A stretch of DNA of 37,686 nt from Bacteroidales bacterium (GTDB lineage Bacteria > Bacteroidota > Bacteroidia > Bacteroidales > WCHB1-69). The position numbers were made by a program, and so were the translations under genes. Below the pieces are notes generated by a model. The model saw only the letters and a program-made list of their open reading frames with translations. It ran no database searches and was not told where the DNA came from. Position 1 is the first letter of the stretch; every line of letters begins with the position of its first letter. Positions 17,503-24,453 of the stretch are shown piece by piece. The stretch covers positions 1 through 37,686 of the forward strand of contig JAITVP010000173.1 in assembly GCA_031285725.1 (NCBI GenBank), given 5' to 3'.

Positions 17503-18814
17503 TATTGTTTATTTTTTTGGTTAAATAATGTGTATATAATAACTCTCCCAATCCATTTTTATAAACTGAGCATATATTATGTCGTGCAGCGAAATATTTA
17601 TTTTCAATACGATCATGTTGACAGCCTCCTCCACATATCGGAAATATTTTGCAAATAGAACAATTTTCATCATAAAATGGGTGGCATGCTGTTAAATATT
17701 TTGTATAAAGTCTATGATTAATAAACCCTTTAGAATTAATATTTCCTATCACCTTATCTTTTCTACCTACGTCCAACCAACATTTTGTAATATCACCATT
17801 TGCATCAATCACAAAAGAATTTGCGTGCTGTGCCATACAAATATTATCTCTTACAAAAGGATAATAACCTATATTAATTCCATATTTAAAAAACAATTCT
17901 AACTTAAAATCTAATTGATTTTTAGTGTCTAAAGTGCAACCAGCTCCAGTATTACAAGCGCTAGTGTCTTGAACAAAACCAGGATAAATTTGAATATTCT
18001 TATTTAATCCAAATACATCATTAAACTGTTTCAAAAGTATAGGAAATTCATCCTTATTCTCTTTATCAACATTCACTCGCAAATGAACAATTATTTCAGG
18101 TTGTAATTTTACAAGATTAGAAATATTTGTTATAATTTTTTGATATGAATCTTTATTGGTTAGATGAGGACGACGTTTATTGTGTGTCTCTTCTATCCCA
18201 TCAACTGTTATTTGAATTGTTTTGACAAATATCTTGTCCAATTGTTCGATTATTGTTTCATCCAATAAATAGCCATTTGTGGTTATATCCGCAATTATTT
18301 TTACACCATTATCCTTAATAAACGGTATATTACTTACACGATTTGTAATATCAACCATTTTGTCAAATGCTAATAAAGGTTCACCACCATACCATTGAAT
18401 AGAAATGGTCTTGATATGATTTTGATTGCTTATTAACTTAATAATGTTATCTTTTGTTACATCATTAATGGTGATATGAGGTCGTTTCTTTTCATAACAA
18501 TAACCACAATTAAAATTGCAGGCAAGTGTGGGTATTATAGTGAGATTTAATATTGATTTATCACTACAACGATTATTATACATTAATAATCGTTCCAACA
18601 ATATATCATCTTCTTCATCATTATCAAAAACAAAATTTGCGTTTTTTAAATCTTCTAAATCTTCTAATGAAATTGAATGTTCACAAAATTCGTCATCCTT
18701 AAGAAAATTTATTATTTCCTTATCTACCTCCATAAATGAATTAGATAAAGCATTATAAATGAAAAATTCTTTATTGTTTATACAAAATAAATTATTATAC
18801 TTTGATTTTTTCAT
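17492..18814 (-). CDS. Radical SAM / SPASM-domain peptide maturase (anSME-like)
   Basis: CNFNCGYCYE is the CxxxCxxC motif, and GGEPLL is present. SPASM motifs are CMAQHANSFVIDANGDITKC (C-x13-G-x4-C) and CSICKIFPICGGGC (CxxCx5Cx3C). A ~95-aa N-terminal extension precedes the AdoMet cluster motif. Confidence 0.9.
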   Translation of the reverse strand: MKKSKYNNLFCINNKEFFIYNALSNSFMEVDKEIINFLKDDEFCEHSISLEDLEDLKNANFVFDNDEEDDILLERLLMYNNRCSDKSILNLTIIPTLACNFNCGYCYEKKRPHITINDVTKDNIIKLISNQNHIKTISIQWYGGEPLLAFDKMVDITNRVSNIPFIKDNGVKIIADITTNGYLLDETIIEQLDKIFVKTIQITVDGIEETHNKRRPHLTNKDSYQKIITNISNLVKLQPEIIVHLRVNVDKENKDEFPILLKQFNDVFGLNKNIQIYPGFVQDTSACNTGAGCTLDTKNQLDFKLELFFKYGINIGYYPFVRDNICMAQHANSFVIDANGDITKCWLDVGRKDKVIGNINSKGFINHRLYTKYLTACHPFYDENCSICKIFPICGGGCQHDRIENKYFAARHNICSVYKNGLGELLYTHYLTKKINNNEK

Positions 18815-18869
18815 ATAAAAACATATAATAAAGAATATATACCAACTCTTAGTAAATGTTTTTTGACTT

Positions 18870-19157
18870 TTAAAAAAAAGTCACAGCAGATATTGTACTT
18901 GGGGTGTGTGAGAATTGTGACGTGACCGAGGGAGCAATTACTCCACTTAATGTTGCACCAACAGAACACTCAAAATATAAATTAGTATCTGCTGCTGAAC
19001 ATTTTTCGATATGCTCTTTCTTACTCAATTTATCAGTACCATTACATCTAATTTCAATAGTAATTTCTATTCCACCTAAAATATTTGCCAAATCTTCATT
19101 TTTTATCTCATAATCATTGAAAATGGAATTTGAGATATTCGCTTCTATTTTATTCAT
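18870..19157 (-). CDS. Precursor peptide, B-type, copy 1
   Basis: MNKIEANISNSIFNDYEIKNEDLANILGG, then IEITIEIRC-x14-CSAADTNLYFEC...GATLSGVIAP...ISAVTFF. Confidence 0.75.
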   Translation of the reverse strand: MNKIEANISNSIFNDYEIKNEDLANILGGIEITIEIRCNGTDKLSKKEHIEKCSAADTNLYFECSVGATLSGVIAPSVTSQFSHTPSTISAVTFF

Positions 19158-19180
19158 TTTACTTGTTTTTTATGCATGAA

Positions 19181-19459
19181 CTATAAATAATATACCTGTA
19201 AATCAATAAATTGACCCGATGATGTATTTTGCGTGTCAATAACGGATTTTTCTTTTTTTAATTTCCCTGTGCCTTGACATATATACGTCTCTTCACCAAT
19301 TGTAACTGTAAGACAACTTCTTTTAAATGGTGTGCAAGTTAATGTAGCTCCTGTATTGCATTTCAGGACAACCCCACCCCCTAATATACTATCTAAATTT
19401 TCTATTGAAAAATTACTGAAATTTTCTATTGGTTTTTCTATCATCTTCATTTTTTTCAT
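19181..19459 (-). CDS. Precursor peptide, A-type, copy 1
   Basis: MKKMKMIEKPIENFSNFSIENLDSILGG, then GVVLKCNTGATLTCTPFKRSCLTVTIGEETYIC. It is the first gene downstream of the -7 box at 19492-19499. Confidence 0.75.
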   Translation of the reverse strand: MKKMKMIEKPIENFSNFSIENLDSILGGGVVLKCNTGATLTCTPFKRSCLTVTIGEETYICQGTGKLKKEKSVIDTQNTSSGQFIDLQVYYL

Positions 19460-19491
19460 ATTAAATCAGGTTTATTATTATAAATGTGCTG

Positions 19492-19499
19492 CAAAAATA
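19492..19499 (-). promoter_or_regulatory. -7 promoter box TAttTTTG for the peptide operon
   Basis: The plus strand reads caaaaata, 32 nt upstream of the A1 ATG. A TTTG lies 14 nt further upstream. Confidence 0.5.
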
Positions 19500-19609
19500 C
19501 AATATTTTTTTCACAAAAATCAATTGTTCTAAAATAAAACTCAAGAAACAATCACTACTGTCCGCTAAAAGTGTAAATCAGCAATATTTCACTCGTATCT
19601 AAATGATAT

Positions 19610-19909
19610 TCAGTATTTTTGTGTATTCATCAAAAGTAAGTCACCCGCATTTCCGGGAATAGCGTATTTTGATATTCCCGTAGTGCTCACCATCATATTT
19701 ATTGCTATATTCTTAATATTGACGCTTTTAATGAAAAATAAAAGCTGATTTAAAATTGGCAACTGTAGTAAAGAAGATATTCTGAGTGACCATATAATAA
19801 ATGCATATTGGAACGCAAATAAGAATATTATAAGACATGTCAAGATTGTGAATTTAGAAACATTTGTATGATGCGAGATTACCAGAACTCTAAAAACTGT
19901 ACTTCTCAT
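19610..19909 (-). CDS. Doubtful small membrane ORF between ftsW and the peptide operon
   Basis: The ATG lies inside the last codons of ftsW (20-nt overlap). The 99 aa contain one or two hydrophobic helices (FTILTCLIIFLFAFQYAFIIWSL). It is AT-rich like the island. No homology recognised. Confidence 0.25.
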   Translation of the reverse strand: MRSTVFRVLVISHHTNVSKFTILTCLIIFLFAFQYAFIIWSLRISSLLQLPILNQLLFFIKSVNIKNIAINMMVSTTGISKYAIPGNAGDLLLMNTQKY

Positions 19910-20996
19910 TTTCCACTTTCTTGCTAATATTCAGTAGCACGCCGAACATGATGCCGGAGAAGAGCAGGGAGGAGCCGCCACGGCTGATGAGCGGGAGGGT
20001 TTGGCCGGTGGCGGGGATAGCGGCACAATTGACGGCAATGTGAATCAGTGCCTGGAAAGTGATCCAGAAACCGATGCCAATGGCTAAGAGGCGGCCAAAA
20101 TAACCATCACTCTTTTTGGCAATCTGCATACTGCGAAAGAAGAGGATCAGGTAGAGCAGCATAATGAGGAAACCCACAATGATGCCCACTTCCTCCACCA
20201 CGGTGGCAAACACGTAGTCGGTCTCTTTTTCCGCCAACACGTTCTTGATCTCCCCTTGTCCGGGACCGGCGGGAGTCCATGCCGAACGGGCAATAGCGGC
20301 CTGCGACAACACCATCTGTTTAATATACAGACTGGTCTTGGGATCAGGAACCTGATCGAAATTGCGGGAAATGCTGAAGTTCCGGAAACGACTCGCTCCG
20401 GTTTCCGTTTTCCCCAAGCCCAATCCGAAATAGATGCCGGCAATGACCACCGCCATGACAATAAAGGTAAAGAGATATTTCCGGCTGAGGTTTCCCACAA
20501 AGAGTACGACAAAACAGGAAGCACCCAAAATGATGGAGGTGGAAAGGTTGGATTTGGCGAATATTAAGCAAAAAAAGCCGATAATTCCAAACAAAACCAA
20601 CGATTCTTTGATAGAAAGTTCTTCCCCTTTGTTAAGTCGTATAGCGATAAATTTCGAAATAAAAAAGATGAGGAGAAAACCGATCAGATAAAAGGTTTGC
20701 ATGGAAAAACTGCCGATAGTGATGGAACGGTCGTCGACACCGCCAAACGCCGTGATTAATGCCAAGACGAGCGCAACGACCAGGAAAATGTCGGAACCGG
20801 CCGACAGGGTACGGTAGTCGATTTTGTAGAACAAAAACATCGCCCCATAACATGCGACAATGTGTACCAACTGACTGCCAAATCGATGCGTAGAACTTGG
20901 AACGATGTAAAACGATATTAATGAGAGCGTTATCGCAATGATCAATATCACCTTATCGCCCCGGAAATAGGTGGTAAGACTTGACGTTTTCTCCAT
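19890..20996 (-). CDS. ftsW: SEDS-family peptidoglycan glycosyltransferase FtsW
   Basis: Ten-TM layout, ...ETDYVFATVVEEVGIIVG... and ...PATGQTLPLISRGGSSLL... are FtsW/RodA/SpoVE signatures, and the position in dcw fits. The track start at 21005 is TTG; the ATG at 20996 is preferred. Confidence 0.85.
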   Translation of the reverse strand: MEKTSSLTTYFRGDKVILIIAITLSLISFYIVPSSTHRFGSQLVHIVACYGAMFLFYKIDYRTLSAGSDIFLVVALVLALITAFGGVDDRSITIGSFSMQTFYLIGFLLIFFISKFIAIRLNKGEELSIKESLVLFGIIGFFCLIFAKSNLSTSIILGASCFVVLFVGNLSRKYLFTFIVMAVVIAGIYFGLGLGKTETGASRFRNFSISRNFDQVPDPKTSLYIKQMVLSQAAIARSAWTPAGPGQGEIKNVLAEKETDYVFATVVEEVGIIVGFLIMLLYLILFFRSMQIAKKSDGYFGRLLAIGIGFWITFQALIHIAVNCAAIPATGQTLPLISRGGSSLLFSGIMFGVLLNISKKVENEKYSF

Positions 20997-21008
20997 GGTG
21001 ACCAATCG

Positions 21009-21536
21009 TTATAACTGCGCAATGGCTTTTCTGAACTTGATGCTTCGCTCGGCGGTGGAAGTGAGTGCGCCACGGTGGATGGCTCCCGGAGAATACAATA
21101 CCGCATCGCCGTCGTTCGACGCATAAAACGCAACACGTACCGCATCTTCCATCGTCACCGCAAAAGCCATCTCGATGCCGATCCCGCTGAAGAAATCAAT
21201 AACTTCAGCGTTGTAAACACCTTGAATCACAATTCGTTTCACTTTCTTCGCCACACACAACGCCAGATCATCCGCAATCTCTTCCAAATTGCTGATGTTC
21301 ATAATCCACGTGATCGGTTTGTGCACCTTCTCGATCGCATACCATACCGAATAAGCATTGACCGCCCCCGAATCATCGATGAAATCAATGCTCTGGATCG
21401 TTTTGCGGTATTTCACCCGATATTCCCCATCTTCAAAACTAGAGAAAATCTTTTGCAAATTCGACTCCCGTGTCGCAATCAAATGGCTGTGCAACGTTTG
21501 TGCCAGTGTCTTTTTCATGTTGTTTTCGCTATACAT
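21009..21536 (-). CDS. Free-standing MurD C-terminal-domain homologue (N-terminal and ATP-binding domains absent; possible remnant)
   Basis: The 175 aa align by eye with the last ~170 aa of MurD (...F.DGEYRVKY....IDFIDDSGAVN.YSVWYAIE....ITWI...KRIVIQG...MEDAVRVAF..A.DGDAVLYSPG...ERSIKFRKAI). Only 27 nt separate it from the mraY stop. Typical MurD is ~445 aa. Confidence 0.7.
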   Translation of the reverse strand: MYSENNMKKTLAQTLHSHLIATRESNLQKIFSSFEDGEYRVKYRKTIQSIDFIDDSGAVNAYSVWYAIEKVHKPITWIMNISNLEEIADDLALCVAKKVKRIVIQGVYNAEVIDFFSGIGIEMAFAVTMEDAVRVAFYASNDGDAVLYSPGAIHRGALTSTAERSIKFRKAIAQL

Positions 21537-21563
21537 GTCTTTTGGTTTTATTTCGATTTATAA

Positions 21564-22817
21564 CTATCTGACTTTCAGTGTGACAACGGTCAACACGGCG
21601 AGCATGATGCCCACAATGATGAACCGTTGGACGATTTTCGCCTCATGGAATCCTTTTTTCTGGTAATGATGATGCAGCGGTGCCATCAGTAAGTAACGTT
21701 TTCCCTCACCATACTTTTTCTTGGTGTATTTGAAGTAGCACACTTGGATAATGACCGACAGGGATTGCACCACGAAAATCCCGCACAAAATGGGAATCAG
21801 CAGCTCCTTGCGGATGATGATGCAGAGCACGGCGATCATGCCGCCGAGCGTCAAACTGCCGGTGTCGCCCATGAAAATTTGAGCCGGATAGCAGTTCCAC
21901 CAATAGAACCCGATGCAGGCACCGATCAGAGCGGCGGTGAAGATTACCACCTCGCTGATATTAGGTATGTACATAATATTCAAGTAGTCGGCGAAGATAG
22001 CATTGCCGGAAACGTAGGCCAGCACGGCGATGCCAACAGCGATGATTGATGAGATACCGGCCGCCAACCCGTCTAACCCGTCCGTGAGGTTGGCTCCGTT
22101 CGAGACAGCGGCGATGATGAAAATGATAATCAAAATGTAGACGATCGTCGTCAAAATACCCGACTCATCACCCAGCCAATGGGTGAGCCAAGTGTAATCA
22201 AACTCGTTGTTCTTGATGAACGGGATGGTCGTTTTTGTCGAGTGTTCGGCGGGACTGTCGGTGAACGCAGTGGTCGTTTTCGTGGCGTTGTCAAATGTGA
22301 AAATCGCATCCGTGCTGGTGATCTCGCTCTTTTTCATCTTCTCCTTGATCACCACATCGGGATGGAATGCCATCACCATCCCGATAATAATCCCCAAAAT
22401 CACTTGTCCGATCAGCTTTTTCTTGCCAGCCAATCCTTCCTTGTTTTTCTTGTAAACTTTAATATAATCATCCGCAAAGCCCAGTAAACCCAACCAAACA
22501 GTAGTAAAGATCATAAGAATGATGTAGATGTTATGCAGTTTGGTGAGCAACAACACGGGAACCAAAATCGAAGCGATGATGAGCAGGCCCCCCATCGTGG
22601 GAGTTCCCTTTTTTTCCATCTGCCCCGCCAATCCAAGGTCGCGGATATCTTCGCCGATCTGCTTATTACGCAATACATAGATCACCTTTTTTCCGATGAT
22701 GATTGAGATGAAAAGCGACGTGATAATGGCTAAAGCAGCGCGGAAAGAGATGTATTGAAACAGCCGCGCGCCGGGAAAATCGAAACCTGCTAACCAGTCA
22801 AACAGATAATATAACAT
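21564..22817 (-). CDS. mraY: Phospho-N-acetylmuramoyl-pentapeptide transferase
   Basis: MLYYLFDWL..., [40 protein letters not shown]. 417 aa. Confidence 0.95.
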   Translation of the reverse strand: MLYYLFDWLAGFDFPGARLFQYISFRAALAIITSLFISIIIGKKVIYVLRNKQIGEDIRDLGLAGQMEKKGTPTMGGLLIIASILVPVLLLTKLHNIYIILMIFTTVWLGLLGFADDYIKVYKKNKEGLAGKKKLIGQVILGIIIGMVMAFHPDVVIKEKMKKSEITSTDAIFTFDNATKTTTAFTDSPAEHSTKTTIPFIKNNEFDYTWLTHWLGDESGILTTIVYILIIIFIIAAVSNGANLTDGLDGLAAGISSIIAVGIAVLAYVSGNAIFADYLNIMYIPNISEVVIFTAALIGACIGFYWWNCYPAQIFMGDTGSLTLGGMIAVLCIIIRKELLIPILCGIFVVQSLSVIIQVCYFKYTKKKYGEGKRYLLMAPLHHHYQKKGFHEAKIVQRFIIVGIMLAVLTVVTLKVR

Positions 22818-22898
22818 AACGTTCTTATTTAGACATGAATAATTAATAACGGAATAGTATCCCTTTTTTTAATTTGTTTATACGATTCATTTTTAGTA

Positions 22899-24389
22899 TC
22901 AAATATTAACTATTAATTCTCTTGGATTTAAAAATTCTTTCACGACTTCCGAATCATCAAAATGATATTTCACGTCGTTAATTTCCTGATAGTTCTCATG
23001 TCCTTTTCCTGCCACAAGCAGCACGCCGTCGTTGGGGAGTATCATACATGCGGTTTTGATGGCCTCCCGCCGGTTCTCGATCGTGAGGACGTTGTGCCTC
23101 TTCTCTATCGGCACGCCTTTTTCCATATCTTCCAGAATTGCATGGGGATCTTCCTTGCGTGGATTGTCGGACGTGAGGATCACCTTGTTGCTGTATTTGC
23201 AGGCGATTTCCGCCATGGCAGGACGTTTCAGCGCATCGCGTTCGCCGCCGCAACCCACCACGGTAATGATCTCCACGCTGTTTTGAGTGATATCATGAAT
23301 GGTAGACAACACATTTTGCAATGCATCCGGCGTGTGGGCGTAATCGATGATTGCAATGCGGTTGCGATCGCGCAGCACTTGAAAACGACCATCGGCGCTT
23401 TCCAAATTACTCATTACCACCAGTACCTCATCGCTGTTTTCACCCAGCAGCATAGCTGTACCATAAATCGCCAACAAATTGTATGCATTGAACTTACCTG
23501 TCAGTTTAAAGAAAATTTCTTCATTATTGATGATCAATTGAAGGCCTTCAAAACTGTTATCCAAAATCTTCCCTTTAAAATCGGCTAAACTGTTGAGACT
23601 GTATGCGCTGATTGATGCCTTGCTGGTTTGGGTCATCACTAACCCGTTGCGGTCATCTTTGTTAGTGAGAGCGAACGCATTGGGAGGCAGTGCGTTAAAA
23701 AATCCTTGTTTCGCCTTGATGTAAGCGGCAAAAGTTTTGTGGAAATCAAGATGATCGTGGGTGATGTTGGTGAAAACGCCACCCCTGAACTCCAAACCGC
23801 TGATCCGCTTCTGCTGAACGGCGTGGGAACTCACTTCCATAAAACAATATTCGCAACTCTCTTCCACCATGCGGTTTAGTAGGCGGTTCAGCTGCACCGC
23901 ATCCGGTGTGGTGTGTGTGGACGGGATGATTTCGTCATTGATCCGGTTCTCAATCGTGGAGATCAATCCGGTGAGATGCCCCAACGACCGGAAAAGACGA
24001 TACAGCAATGTGACAATGGTGGTTTTGCCGTTTGTACCGGTAACACCAACCAAATGAAGTTGTTGAGAAGGGAAATTGTAGAAAGCGGACGCCAACAGGC
24101 CCAGCGTTTCCGCCGTGTCGTTGACAATAATATAGGTAATATCTGATTGTGTTTTTTCAGGAATTGATTCGCATACAACCGTTTGCGCGCCTTTCGCAAT
24201 CGCCTCATCGATGAACTTTCCACCATCGACATTCGTTCCTTTTTGAGCCACAAATAACGGATATGCTTCATTATCGGCCTCTTGCCGGATTGTCCGCGTG
24301 TCGAACGCGATCGCCGAAATCCGTCGATCCGTGCGGCCAATAATCGCTTCCACACTGATAAATTTCAATAAGTCATCAAGTTCTTTCAC
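22899..24389 (-). CDS. murE: UDP-N-acetylmuramoyl-L-alanyl-D-glutamate--2,6-diaminopimelate ligase
   Basis: GVTGTNGKTT, DYAHTPDAL, and LTSDNPRKEDP (the DNPR motif of meso-DAP-adding MurE). GTG start per the ORF track. Confidence 0.9.
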   Translation of the reverse strand: MKELDDLLKFISVEAIIGRTDRRISAIAFDTRTIRQEADNEAYPLFVAQKGTNVDGGKFIDEAIAKGAQTVVCESIPEKTQSDITYIIVNDTAETLGLLASAFYNFPSQQLHLVGVTGTNGKTTIVTLLYRLFRSLGHLTGLISTIENRINDEIIPSTHTTPDAVQLNRLLNRMVEESCEYCFMEVSSHAVQQKRISGLEFRGGVFTNITHDHLDFHKTFAAYIKAKQGFFNALPPNAFALTNKDDRNGLVMTQTSKASISAYSLNSLADFKGKILDNSFEGLQLIINNEEIFFKLTGKFNAYNLLAIYGTAMLLGENSDEVLVVMSNLESADGRFQVLRDRNRIAIIDYAHTPDALQNVLSTIHDITQNSVEIITVVGCGGERDALKRPAMAEIACKYSNKVILTSDNPRKEDPHAILEDMEKGVPIEKRHNVLTIENRREAIKTACMILPNDGVLLVAGKGHENYQEINDVKYHFDDSEVVKEFLNPRELIVNI

Positions 24390-24453
24390 GTTTTATAAAA
24401 TTGTTGGCTTGGTTTAAATCTTTTCAAAAGTTTGCGACAAAGTGAAAGATGAT

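Larger units (their letters stand above)
15898..19889. other. AT-rich compositional island containing the peptide/rSAM/FGE operon
   Basis: Hand counts on single 60-nt lines give 23-38 % G+C inside (lines 16501, 17101, 18001). The flanks give 47-53 % (lines 15421, 20401). Encoded proteins are Asn/Lys/Ile-rich. No integrase, transposase or flanking direct repeat was found. Confidence 0.7.

Noticed and set aside
19654-19680. Hairpin cgggaata-N11-tattcccg as the ftsW terminator
   Set aside because: It is an 8-bp stem with an 11-nt loop and has no U-run on either strand, so it is not convincing as an intrinsic terminator.
21564-22817. Ser/Thr-rich ~60-aa insertion in MraY ([40 protein letters not shown]...)
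   Set aside because: MraY of ~420 aa with an extra periplasmic loop is usual in Bacteroidetes, to my recollection.
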